Assembly (NCBI GenBank): GCA_964035545.1
Contig: OZ037769.1
Span: 3,577,929-3,641,928, forward strand
Source: Bugula neritina
Taxonomy: Eukaryota > Animalia > Bryozoa
DNA length: 64,000 nucleotides
Direction: 5' to 3'
Position numbers and translations under genes: made by a program. Below are positions 12,188 to 25,367 of this stretch, one piece after another. Below the pieces are notes generated by a model. The model saw only the letters and a list, made by a program, of their open reading frames with translations, was not told where the DNA came from and did not search any database. Each line of letters begins with the position of its first letter. Positions within the stretch are counted from its first letter, which is position 1.

Positions 12188-13691
12188 CTCTGGAATCTAA
12201 CACAGCCTCATAGCTTTGTGCTTTCATAACAATTAAAAGCTTTTCATCCTTCAGTGACATAAACACAAAGCAAAGAAAACTGAACATGTAAAGCTAAAAG
12301 CTGGAAAGAATTAAAACAATTTCTTTTAATTTTCTTCATAACTTTAACATTTTAATTCTTAAATGTCAAAACTCAAAAGTTTTTTTGAAAAGTTTTTACT
12401 GCATTAGGCTATCAATTCTCAAATAATAATTTTTTTTATTAGGATGTAATTAGTGAATTCTAATATATGCATAATATTCAAAATTATGAGGTTAAAATAG
12501 CATATGACATGAATTCACACAAAGTATTTTTATTTGGTCAGTTTTAAAGTATGCACTCTACCACGTTGTCCACAGGCTATTAAATTATGTTTAAACTTTC
12601 TTCATTTTCTATAATTAATCAAAATGCATATAATATGTCATTTCATATACATCAATATCTAATCACAAAAATACAATGATTACGTTCTGATAATGTTTAA
12701 AAACACATAATACAGAGAGTTATAAAATAATATAATTTATTTGATTACAAGGATAACGTGTAATTAACCAAATTGTTATAGGCAGATTATTTATTGACAC
12801 ACACATGCAAACTATATAGCAGCTTCTAATGCAGCTTATAGTTTCACATAAACATCACCAATAAATAAATAAATACGTACCTTATTATTACACTTTATTA
12901 ACATGGCATCTGCATGAAAACTTTAGCCTACATATAATTTGAATACTTAATCTGGCATTGCATTTTGCAATTTATTCAACATGTGTGCACAACTCCAAAT
13001 TAGAAGAGTTTCAAGTTTTGGTCATTGCTACAGAAAGTCTGCAATTACAAGTATTTTAATTTACATTCTGGCAGCATGTTTCACTTGAATATACTTGCAT
13101 ATATTAGCCAGTTGGACAATGCAGTTCTGCATTCCACTCATTCACTAAACCAAAATAATCTTTGGTAACTGAGGAAAAAAATATACTTATAAAGATATTT
13201 TCAATCAAAGAATATCAAAATCTTTTAATTCTGACAACATGCCTATGCTTCTTAAAATATGGTTAGTCAAATTTTTTTTTACTATAATAAGTAATCAAAT
13301 GCCCCCTTCCACCCTACCACTACGGGCTTTAATTAAATTATATAGTTGTATATTTATATTTAATAGAAAAACAATCATTGTATGTTATGTGGCTGAAATT
13401 TGATAACATATTATTGTGATTTGTGATTTGGTTAAATTAAAATCCAATTACAAAAATTATAAAATATTGAGATGATAGTAGACTTTAGCTGCTATAGCTT
13501 TACATATAACATTGTGCTTTGTTAGCTTTTTCAGCTTTTAGTTTTACATATTCAGCTATTTTCACTTTACATTTCCAGTGTTTAGCTTTACTTAGCCAGC
13601 TTTCTTGGCTTTGTGTTTATGTCACTGAAGGATGTAAAGATTTTAATTGTTCTGAAAGCACAAAGCTATGAGGCTGTGTTAGATTCCAGAG

Positions 13692-13896
13692 TATAAAAGT
13701 GTGAGTTGAGTGGCTGAGTTATGAGACTGGAGTTGAGATTTACAAGTTATAATCTCATGTAGATGTGGGATGTATTGGGTTCCTAAAGAGCTGTGAATGG
13801 TAAGTATAATATCTATATTATATATTTATTAGTATTGGGCTTATCTACTGTTTGTTGACTTATTATATGTTGCTATATAAGTGTATATATTGTATA

Positions 13897-13988
<92 letters not shown>

Positions 13989-14710
13989 AACCTTATATAT
14001 GTATCTACTGCGTACATATATTATATATACATTCTTGTATCATATATATTAGTATTATATACACTGCATGCGTTATCATGAATACTTAGTATATAATATT
14101 TTATTTGGTTGTATTACTGATATATTAAATTTTAGATTCCCTTACCAGGACTTCCAGTTTTTGACGGCACTTAAAGAAGTTTGCTGATGGAACTCTAGTA
14201 CAGTATGATGCTGTTTGCCTTTACTGCACCTTAGCAATGTAGGTTAAATTAATGTGAAATAATTTGATCCTTTTCTTGTGAATTAAAAATTGTACAATTG
14301 CAAATACAACAACTTTTTGCATATGTCTGCATTATTAAACTATACATGAACTATATATAATATGGTATAATTACACATTAGCTGTGTTTGACAGGAAATT
14401 TGGAATGTAGCAAGCTAAAAACTTCTAAACTGAGATAATAAAGATGGATACAATAGCAAATAAAGCACCTGACCTGAGAAGCACCCTGAGGCTCATGTTT
14501 GAAAGTATTTCTATAAAATCTTCGTCGGACCCCATCAATTGTACATAGAGAGGGTTTCCGATTTGAAGCTGTACATAAGAATTATTTTTGTATACCACTT
14601 TTTTATTTCCACCTTTGAAGATCCGGTATTTTATTTGATGTTGTTTATATTGCTTTTTGATTCTCAGTTTGAGAGTGGAAAAATTCACTGAATAAATGCA
14701 TATTTATAAA
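13692..14710 (+). ncRNA. Copy 5 of the 3-exon ncRNA/micro-ORF gene
   Basis: TATAAAAG at 13692-13699, exon 1 ends at 13799, exon 2 at 14136-14238, exon 3 from 14395, AATAAA at 14691-14696. Confidence 0.62.
13899..13985. repeat. (TA)n microsatellite
   Basis: Seen directly, in intron 1 of ncRNA copy 5 at the same position as the tract in copy 1. Confidence 0.95.
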
Positions 14711-15491
14711 GTGACTCTCTAGTGTAGTTTATTACAAGTTTTGTCATAACATTAAATATTGGAACATAAAGTTTGCAATATATTATTGTTGCAATGAATA
14801 GTCTATGAAGAATTTTGTCAACAATGGCTATAGCTTACACAAAGCTTGACAATCTTCCTCCCATCAGGTTTTATACCTCTGCAATAACATGCTTATGTAT
14901 TTTGACACATGACCCTCATTATCTACAGCTTACATTCTGCTTTGATCATTAATCCTTTGCAATAACACTCAATTTACTTAGAATGGCAGGTTAACAGAAA
15001 CCAAATATGTTTTTTGAAAAGTTTACTAGAACAATCATGAAATAAATAGTTATTATTTTAAGAGGTATCTTGGGCCTTGGGGGAACAATGGAAGTAATCT
15101 AACCAGGTATAAAATACATTGAATAATGATAGAAAGAGCTAAGATCACTATTTATTTATTATGAAATTCAATAATATTATTGTTAGTAGACTACTCTAAT
15201 AGTTGTTATGGCAAAACTTATAAAAGTTGTAACTGAAATAAAACGTGCACGGTTAGGAAACATAATTTGGAGTTAACCTCTTTCACAGTTGTAATCGCTT
15301 TTCGTAGTCTATTCCAATGAATTAAAATACTCCATTGGCTTATTCAGCTACGTAACTACTTAGCGAGTAAAATTTTGCACTAAGTTCAATGGTCAAGGTC
15401 ATTAAGGTTATCGTGATCGTGACGGATCTATCATATTCTTGTATCAAAGCTCATTTCTTAAGAGATTATCATTTGAAATTGTGCTTTTGTT

Positions 15492-18400
15492 ATGGCAGAA
15501 GAAGATTTTGCTGATCTCCTAGAAGAATACCACGATGCCATCGATTCTTTTATTCTACTGAATAAAGGGTTGGGAAGTTTAAACAGAGGCAAGTCAAACT
15601 GAAACTCTAACTCCAAGTCTAAGTTTTAATTTTTATACACTTAAAGTTAATGCTTATACTAGCTTCAAAGTTAAGTTGTTACTAGTACTAGTACCACAGC
15701 TACTACTAGTACTATCCAATAGAAATACTTGTACTAATATTGATAGATCTGATAGATATTAATAGTCATAGTGATAGTAGTAGAAAGTGGAGTTAAACAT
15801 ATAAATATAGTTATGTTCAGTTTATAAATAAATAATTGATAAATTTTATTAAACTATTAAATTTAATTAATAGTTTAATACTATTACTAATACTAATACT
15901 ATTAGTATTACTATTAGTAATACTTTACTAGTATTACTAATACTATTAGTATTACTATTAGTAATACTTTACTAGTATTACTATCAGTAAATTACTATTG
16001 CTATTGCATTTACTATAGGTATAACTATTAGATTTAGTTGCTGTTTAGTTTTACAATTCAGTGTTGTTAAGTTTTACATTGTGATTGTGTTATGCGAACT
16101 TGCTATAATTATGTAGTAAGATGTATATATGAGTGCTGTGATTTTTTAAATATCATATTGATTTGCAGATAAAGGAGTGGCAGAGATAACAAAAACATTT
16201 GCATCTAAAGGCTTAAAGCTTAGATATGGCAGGTGGACTAGGCAAGAGAAGCAGCTTCTTCATACAAATTTTGAAGAATTTGTGAAAATTTACGAGGATG
16301 AGATTGGAAATCCCGTGGATTTTGTTAATGCTCCAGACGACAAGGCTAGGTTGAATGAAGTCAGGAGGTAGGCTTATTACTAAGTAGCTGCTAACAGTTG
16401 AAGCAATTCGATCAACAGCTCTAGTGCACACAACTCCAACAGTTTGTTTTCTAGTAATTTCCTTATCAATTTCTATTCTACTAGCTTTTTCTTTACCAAA
16501 AGATTAAATTTACTCTAAAAATGTATTTGCTCAGTATAGCGAAGTTATTCTTAGTTTTTTACCATTCACACAGCTTTGCTGTTTGAGCACACTTTAATTT
16601 GTTCCCATGCATGTGCTGTAATTCCATTTGTTTAAGTTTAGAAAATGCAGTGATTAGCTATTATAGATCACCTAATGTTTTTATATTACCATTATTATAG
16701 TTCATCTTTACTATAGACACATGTGCAGCTCTGCTAATACTTTCGCTGCTTTAGAACACTCACATTTATTTACTCAATCTGAACTCCAACTGACTGTATA
16801 ATAGAAAGTTTAACTGATTACTTGCTGTACTGATTGTAACCGTGTGAGTTGTTAAGGTAAAGTCTATTATTTCTCGGTGTGTGGGATATATTTGCCTGTG
16901 TATTTCACTTAATACCAGCAGTTGTACAGTTTCGCATGCCGTTTGTAGGTTGAAGAGCGATTTGAACTTTTATCGGCACCTCAGTAAAAAGCTTTTTAGA
17001 GAGCGAGCGATTATAGCCAATCATGTAACACACGAACTCGACCCTTTGGCTGTGTCAAACCACCAACGCTATTCAGTGGAAGATTTGCACCTTCTCAAGT
17101 CACTTGTGGACAGACATGGTCGCAAGTGGAAGGTGATATCTCAGGAAATGGGGAGGTGAGTTCATTGATACTAACCAAGCTGTACTTTTTCAAAGTTTAG
17201 TAAACACTTTGACTAACCTTTTCTAAATGCAATAATGCTATTTACATTGGTTCACTCTTTTGTGAATAATGTGCATTTGTTTGTCAGCATTGTTTAGCAG
17301 AAGACATCATGTACGTCTGCTTGTTTAGCAGAAGATATTATGTATGTCTGCTTGTTTAGCAGAAGACACAATTTATGTCTGTTTGTCCAACACTGTCTAG
17401 CGGGTGACGCAATGTTGTAGGTCTCAAGTGTCTCTACAATCAGCTCACAGAAATTTCTTTCTCCACGAGGGTTATGATAGGAAAGCTCCAACAGCCAAAC
17501 ACGAAAGACGTCTGATTAAAGTATGAAGTCATATTGATAATAATATTTATGATATTGATTATCATATATTGATATTGATTGATTTAATCTTTGAATAATG
17601 TTGCTGTATTTTGAAGTTAGCGTCATGTTGTTGTGCCATTCTTTAGCTTATTGTTTGTATATTTTAGCAAATGCAGAAACATTTTCCGGATACAGATTTC
17701 ACGTGTGAGTTAGTGAGTGATGTGCCGTGGAATAATATTGCCAATAAGATAGGCTTTATGCATGGCAAGTATTTGTGTAGTTTCTGGGAGTCCAAAGTCA
17801 AATATTTTGATGATGAAGGCAAGTTACGACTGAGAAATCTGCCTCGAAAAATTCCTTTCAAGGTTTGCATTAACATGGATTTGTACTATTACTTATTCTA
17901 TACATTAAAAGCTTTGCTTGCTACTTTTTGGAAACTGGTTTATTTGTTTCAGTATTCATACACCACGCATGTAAAATATTGTAATACTGTGTATGCATAG
18001 TCGCACCAATAAACAGGGGCAAACAACTTCCTAATACTGACATATTGCAACAATTATATAATATATGTTTTAAAATGTTTTTTTTTGGTATAAATTTCAA
18101 GTTTCACTAATCTTTTGAACACAGTCCAAGATTATTCTAATAATAATTTCGATCATTCTACTAAGATTGCCTGTCTAAATTTGAGTTTATATAATACATG
18201 TATACTTATAGTTTTCTAATATTACCTTAATGTTATCTCATAATTGTGAATAGGCTTCCAAATAATCACCGCTTACACTGTATGATAAAACTAGACGAGC
18301 TTCAAGTGTAAACTCACTAGTTATGTTTAGAGCCAATCAGAGAGAGCGAAGTGTTGACGCATTTGATTGGCCAATGTGATTGTAGCTGATGAGAAAGTTT

Positions 18401-19322
18401 GTCAAGCACATCGCCAAGCAGAGACCCACACACTTTGACTCTCTGGACTGGGCGCATTATTACAGAATGCTGTGTGGCCATGTTGCTGGGATAACCACTC
18501 TCAAGAGCTTACTTAGGTTGGTAACAGTAGCGTCCCTCTATTTTATCTCTCTAATGTTTGGATTTACTGAGCTATAAAGTGCAGACATTGATTGTTTTTA
18601 AGAAATCTTTTTTGGAATTTTGCATGATTTGTAGAATAAAATTAATTATGTCAAACTCATTTTCTTATTGCTTTTCCTAACATGATTATGCTTGCCAATT
18701 ACACTAACTGGTAACCATAGGTGATTTTGCTAGTGGAAAATAATGGTTATAGTATTTAGCTCACTTGTTGCCCTAAAGTACGAAGCATGTATGTTATATA
18801 TGTTATATAATATCTTCATCACCTTTAGATTTTTCGAGTTACCTGCGCATAAGTTTTGAGGTCTTCACTTCAAATTGTGAATTTGCAAAGTTGCATGTTG
18901 GAAAGTTTCAATTGTCACATATTCAAATTAATATAGCATTAGATTAAAATGTTATATCCAGGTTTTGAGATCATGGTGTATTGAAAATTCTTTAAATATT
19001 TATTGACATCTGTTGTAGCTCTTTACTGCGAAGGTATAAACTTGATATCAATGAAATGGGGCTGGCCGACGCTGTAGATGAGTTGAAATCTCGTATGAAG
19101 AAGGTTGAGAAGTTGGGTTTTCAGTCTATATGGAAGGAGATTAGAGCAGAGTCGGTGAAATTCATGAGAAATGAGCGTTTTCACTGGGCGCTGTCCCCGG
19201 ATCTGGCCCACTATGTCCACGACATTCCTAGGATGTATGTAGGCTATGGAGAGTCCATAGACCATGAGATATCATCATCAGATATCAAATCTGAACCCAT
19301 AGAAATGGATGAAGTGTGGTGA
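15492..19322 (+). CDS. Myb/SANT-repeat protein of the TTF1/DMTF1 (Reb1-like) type, 7 exons, ~410 aa
   Basis: Exons 15492-15588, 16169-16367, 16949-17155, 17421-17520, 17668-17862, 18386-18516 and 19019-19322 join in matching phases (1233 nt). Motifs: GRWTRQEKQLLHTNFEEF, RYSVEDLHLLKSLVDRHGRKWKVISQEMGRS, VPWNNIANKIG...CSFWESKV, FDSLDW. Confidence 0.8.
15880..16025. repeat. Degenerate TAC/TAT/TAA trinucleotide-like low-complexity tract with a ~48 bp internal duplication
   Basis: Repeated tattactaatactattagtattactattagtaatactttactag. Confidence 0.8.
17291..17383. repeat. 31-bp minisatellite, three units, in intron 3 of the Myb gene
   Basis: Unit tgtttagcagaagacatcatgtacgtctgct repeated three times with few substitutions. 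Confidence 0.9.
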
Positions 19323-19897
19323 TGCATCTTTAATTATGAAAACTCAATTGAATTTGTAATTTTTACTTTCTATGGCTGTGTCATAGCTATTGGAAGTCTA
19401 TATATTTGTACATACTGTATAATAATATTTGTTCAAAATGTTGCTAATTATTTAGATTCTTACTCAAATGTAGTGCAAAAACATTAATTTGTATATCCAG
19501 CTTCCCACGTGTTGTCATAGTCATATTGTTTTATTAGTTATAAATTAAAATGAAGTAGATATCCTAATTATTTATTTAACATCAGATATAATAAAACTTT
19601 GCATGGTGCCAAAAATGTACTATGTTTGACTAGAATAATATTGACGGCACTAGCTGAACTCCTTAAATCCTTTGCCCCTGAACTTTCTGTTGTACATTGC
19701 AACACACCAGTGCAAACAGCCTAAAATGAATTAATTAAATTTTTGTTTTGCTTTATATCAATGTTTTTATTCAAAGCTTTGTGCAAAATATAACAGAATA
19801 CATGAAAAATACAGTATGTAAAACACAGTCCAAGTCTTAGCTTAAAATTATTGACACCATTATTTACAGTTTCATTGACCTAATTCCTGTCTTCAGA

Positions 19898-21559
19898 TCA
19901 CCCAACATTGGCTCTCATTGGTGGAGAAATTAGTATGACTCCATCACCTCTAACGAATAACATTGGAATTGTTCTCTTAGTTGACTACAATATAAAGTGA
20001 AAAGTCTTGTTACAATTATTTAGCTTACAGAAAATACCTACTGTTTTGAGCTATCATTAGGATATAAAAAAACTGTTAAATATTATAAATTGGAAAATCA
20101 TTAACAATAATACCACCTTATCTTACGCACAGTTTAAATCAAGCATTGAAAATTAGAATTGTCTATAGATATGAGCATCACTCTCCTCTGTCATTCACAT
20201 AGACCAAAACATTCACTAAAGTGATGGACAAACACTAACATTTTGACAGAAGACTTTTGTGGACAAAGTACTTCAAACTTTATTAATACAGGGCTAATAA
20301 TAGTATTTAAAAATAAGTTGAGCAATAAGAAAGACATCAGAAAGTAAGCTGGGTGTTTCATTAAAAGACTTACTTTATATATCTCTTCATATGTTTCATC
20401 ATCAATCTCCACAGTTGTCACAGTTTCTTCTGCATCGCCAAGGATCATGTTCAAGTGCTGATCATATGCCTATGTTGAGAAAATGAGTAGGTGACATCAC
20501 ACATATACATAAAAATCAAGAGAAGCTAACTCTAGTCTATTTGTGAAAAAACTGACTCAAACTTTTTCTTGTTCTAGGAGAATGTGAAAAAATATTGAGC
20601 TGAACTCTTACATATGCAACAGCAAAAATAACTCTGATTAAACTGCATGCAGGCGAAACCTCTACTAAAATATGTTGACACTAAAGATTATTTCAAAGCC
20701 CAATAAATTATCACTTTCTCATTTGACTTTTGATACTAAGTACAAATAAACTTACGTGCAGTCTGCCTCTTAGTTCTCTGTCATTTCTCATTTTCACATA
20801 GATTTTTTCATCAAGACTTAGTCGAACTAGGTCAAATGGCTCCTCGACAGTTGCCACAGTTGGCTACAATTTGATAGAAGTCTAAATTATGAAGAGTGTT
20901 ACCATAATATTGAATTTGGTGTATAGTTTTATATTGTGCTTGACATTCTGATTCGGATTCAGTGATTCACATAGGCTACTCATAGTGACTTTGAGTTTGA
21001 CATCGTCATCATCACATAGTGGTTGTTTTTCAGTTTGCAATTCAAATTCAAGCAGTCAAATTGAAATTGATTATTACTATTAATATTTAAATTCAAATTT
21101 AATACTGTCAATTTAATTTTAGTTGCAAATTTATAATGATAATTATTAATACTAATATCATATGATTATCTTTATGAATATCAGAATATCAATGTGAATA
21201 TGCTTTGCCCTTTGCCATTGTACTGGGTAGTCGGTATTCTGATAACTATGACTATCGCACATTAACTTAATCTTTAAGATCAACTGACTAACTTAAAGTT
21301 AAAGTTTGACATGTAATTAATTATTATGATTATGATTAGTTTTAACTTTAAGTTTAAATTTAATGACTAAAAGTAAAAGTAAATCACTAAACAGTAAATG
21401 AGTAATCTGAGTATGAATATCAATATGAATATGATTACATTTAATATTAATATTATGATATTGATTATGAAATATGGTGGTTATTCATTTTCATATTGAT
21501 ATTTATAATGCAACATTAATTAGTAATTGCACTATTACCTGTTCAGCTTCTTCTGCCAT
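19898..21559 (-). CDS. LSM3: U6 snRNA-associated Sm-like protein LSm3, 4 exons, 103 aa
   Basis: Exons 21559-21539, 20863-20756, 20469-20374 and 19984-19898 give [103 protein letters not shown], a recognisable LSm3. All introns are GT-AG, phase 0. Confidence 0.96.
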
Positions 21560-21960
21560 TTTTGTTAATTCTTTTGACTTTTACCAATGAAATTAATAGT
21601 GATATTCATTGAGAGCGGTTCTGTGCCTAAGTGCAAGAACTGTCAAATGGCTAGGAGTTTGCGAAAAGGATGAGGATAGGCCCGATAGCCCATAAGTTAA
21701 GGTTAGCTCACAGCTGACTTCAATGAAAATATTTATAAGTAGCCCCGAGTTGGGAGTGAATAAATGCAATATAGCTCTGACCAATGAATTCTAAAATTGA
21801 GAATCGTCAATTACTTAACTTAATCACCCCTAACTGAACGCTGCTTATAACACAATACAAATAAAAAAGTATTCGACAGACTCTTTTTTGAGAAGGGTAG
21901 GAAAAGCACGACTTTTGGGTAAAATTAAAACAACTCCTTTGAGTTGATCATTTTTGTGAT
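21560..21960. promoter_or_regulatory. Probable shared (bidirectional) promoter region of LSM3 and MMAB
   Basis: The two genes diverge from this point, and this patch is locally richer in GC/CpG than the very AT-rich sequence on both sides. Inferred from position. Confidence 0.4.
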
Positions 21961-22199
21961 TTACTTCTACAGTTTTAGTTTTAGTAATAGTCTACTGTGT
22001 ATCTGTATGGTCATAAATATTAAATTTCAAAAGAAAATTGCCGTAGTTTGGTTTTCATGACTTTTAGGTCATAGTAATAGTAATATCTAAATTTATGGAA
22101 ATACTAGTAGTGCTACTGAAAACTTCTAAACAGTTTTTTAGTTCTTGAAATTGCTAGTAGTAGTACTAGACTAAGAGTAAAGATACTAAATCTAAGACT

Positions 22200-22460
22200 T
22201 ACTCATACTCTGAGTACCACTAGTACTACTACTAGTATTACTACTAGTATTACTACTAGTATTACTACTAGTACTACTACTACTAGTATTCTAGTTAGTA
22301 CAGTACTACTACTACTACTAATTTTAATTGTTATACTTATAGTTATAGTTATAGTAATGCTAATACTAATAGTAATACTAATAGTAATACTGTTACAGTA
22401 AATGTAATGCTATTACTATTAGTATAAGTATTAGTATTAATATTAGTATTATTATCTTAT
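22200..22460. repeat. (TAC/TAG/TAA)n low-complexity tract
   Basis: Repeated tactactagtat and (tac)n. Confidence 0.8.
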
Positions 22461-22985
22461 ATTAATATTCATATTAAAAAATCAATATGAATATAATTAT
22501 AAATATTCATAATGAGTTGATTTTCAGTTTGACTTTTATAATAATCACTTTATGATAATGATATTGATAATATTAATAATCATAATGTAATAATAATATC
22601 AATTGTAATACTTATACTAGTGCTACTAGTACTACTTACTACTGTTGTACTATTTGTAGTTGCAGATCATCACACTTTAGACTAAGTCTCTCTGTTAATT
22701 AAGTTTTTATTTTTTTTTCAAATTCCAAGTTGTAAGATTTGCATGATAATAATAATAGTATTTAATATATTTTACTCAAGCACTGATTAATAATAGTTTT
22801 TTTTTCTAAATTGAAACATATGCCACTTGTTACAAAAAGAAGAAAAAAGTGATAAATAAATTTAAAGTTCTTAAAGCATGTTCAGTTTCATATTGATTGA
22901 GTTATTGTCATACTGATATTATGTGAGCAAGTAGACTAGTAACCTAAGATATTATTGTTTGTTTCAGGATCAGGTAATCATCATC

Positions 22986-25367
22986 ATGGCAGCTAGGTTG
23001 TTTACTTTGATGCAGTGTAAAACTAAACTATGCAGTTTGGTTGGTAACAAATACAATACCAAACTCTCAGCATGTGGCTTTCAAGTGCCCATTTTTCAAA
23101 GGTTTTCCCTACAACACTTGTGAGTGACAATCCAGTAACTAAGATATAAAATTTACAGTGAATATGCAAAACAGTAAAGACATAAATATATACATAGTAG
23201 ACAACCAAAAAGTTTTCACCATTTGCAATCAGTTGCAGTTTTAATTTTTTAAAGCTTCTATGCAAAAGTATTTTAGTTTCATTATTTACAAAATTCTACT
23301 TAGCTAAGTGTGGGCTTAAATATTTTAAATGGCTTAAATTCTTAATTGTTATTTAAGTAGTATCAGCAATCCAAAATTGGTTTGACTGCTATGCGGGCAA
23401 TAGATTGTTTAAAAGGTGTCATGCTTCTTTTCTAGAAGTCACACAAATATTGTTCCTGTAAGAACAATGAAAATCTACACAAAAACTGGTGACAAAGGCA
23501 CCTCTTCATTGTATACAGGCGAAAGGCGGGTGAAGTTTGATATCAGGTTTGAGGCGTTGGGCACAATAGACGAACTTTCTTCTTCTATTGGGTACGTTGT
23601 GATCAGTGTCTTTCTTAGCTATTTGTCAAATTTTGGTAATTGATTGATTAGTAGATTTAGTTGTGTTGAAAATTTTATAATGTATGGGATTGCCGACTAG
23701 TTAGTTGAAAACAAATAAAATAGAAAAATTTTTTATTTACTACTTTGTTTTTATAAAGAAATAAAGATGATTTATATTTAGGACGCCATTTAATTTTAAT
23801 TACCACTGAAGATAGATAGTGGCGTTTGAAGTATAAGTTCTCTATTTATTTAGAAAAATTAAGTAGTAAACAAAAATGTTCCTTGTTGATTTATTTTTAA
23901 TAAGTATATAATATTATTATGGGCTTACAAGTTACAAGTATTGCATATTACTTACTATTACTTATAACTTGCAACTAAAATTTTCATATTATTTTGTAGT
24001 GTTGCATTAGCTTTTGCAGAGGAGAAAGACCATACATTTGTCAATGAATTGGTGAAAGTGCAGTGTATACTGCAAGATATTGGTAGTTTCATAGCTACAC
24101 CTAGTTCATCTGCTAGAGAGTCTCATCAAAGTAAGCCTGTGTTTCTAAGAATATACAATGTTTGGGTGGAATGTTAGAGCAGCCTCAAACTTCTACAGTT
24201 AATAAAAGCTTGAGTTCACAGTTGTGAGTATGGAGATTTAATACTGCTAGGAGTGCTGACAGCTTCCAACTTGCATCTATGTAGTTTCTAGATAGATATG
24301 CAGAAGCTTTCTCTTCTCTGCTTACTAGCTAGAATAGGTGTAGAGTCTTAAGGGTTTCTACCGAAGCTAGTGGCACAAAGAACCTGCAATAACCTGCCAA
24401 ATATTGAGATACGTGTGAAATTTTTAGTAAAATTTTAGAAGATAAGTAAATGGCTATCCACTTTTAATATTTTGATTGTAGCTCTAGTCAATTTTAGAAC
24501 GTATTTAAAAAGTTGTAAAATTGCAAAAATGTTGCCACAGATTTGTAGAAAGTAATGGCAATTATATATATATATTTATCTGAATACTTTGTAGACAATC
24601 TACATTTTGACCACGACAACACAACAGAGCTAGAGCGGGCCATAGATAAAATGACTGAAGAGTTGCCTCCACTTAAAAACTTTATTTTACCAGTGAGTCA
24701 CAAAGTATTACAATAAACTAGACATCAATTGTCTTACACATACGAATTTTAGTGTTTCATGCATTTGCTTCCATTTTGTTAGTCTGGCGGTAGGACTAGT
24801 TCATCCTTGCACTTCTGTCGGGCAGTATGTCGTAGAGCTGAGAGACAACTTGCACAGCTGAGACAGTCTGAAGATATAAACAGCTCTGTTTACCAGTATA
24901 TCAACAGGTGAGCAGGGGTACATAACTCTTATTATGATAAATAAACAAAATATGGAGACGATATATAATTACCAGCATAACAAGTAAAAAGAGTACACAA
25001 CTCCTACTATGAATGATAAAAGTAAATAATTCCCTCTGCTACCAGTAAAACAAATGAAAAAGTAACTAACTCCTACTTCAACTGTAAATATGGAAATGAA
25101 TAACCATTCCAATTGTTAATAGAAGACATAAATGAGAGTAGATAACTGTTAATAATGTCCATAATATTACCCTTGTGTAAGAAGATAACTCCTAAATAAT
25201 AAATAGTTCAGTAGGCATTGCTAGACTCTAGATACTTATCTTTTCACTTCTTACTGTTTGACATTGCTTTGTTCCACATTTGTAGACTGAGTGACTACCT
25301 GTTTACTGTTGCAAGGTATGCCTGCATGAAGGAGGGTCAACACGAGCACATATACAGGAAGGTTTAG
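22986..25367 (+). CDS. MMAB: Cob(I)alamin adenosyltransferase, mitochondrial (PduO type); boundary of the first coding exon uncertain
   Basis: Core exons ~23416/23436-23591, 24000-24130, 24595-24692, 24783-24907 and 25286-25367 are phase-consistent. Motifs: [85 protein letters not shown]. Candidate presequence start MAAR at 22986. Confidence 0.93.

Noticed and set aside
13852-14081. ORFs with YIYI repeats
   Set aside because: Translations of a (TA)n microsatellite.
15492-21559. Identical first 13 coding bases (ATGGCAGAAGAAG) in the Myb gene and LSM3
   Set aside because: MAEE is a common start, and there is no further similarity.
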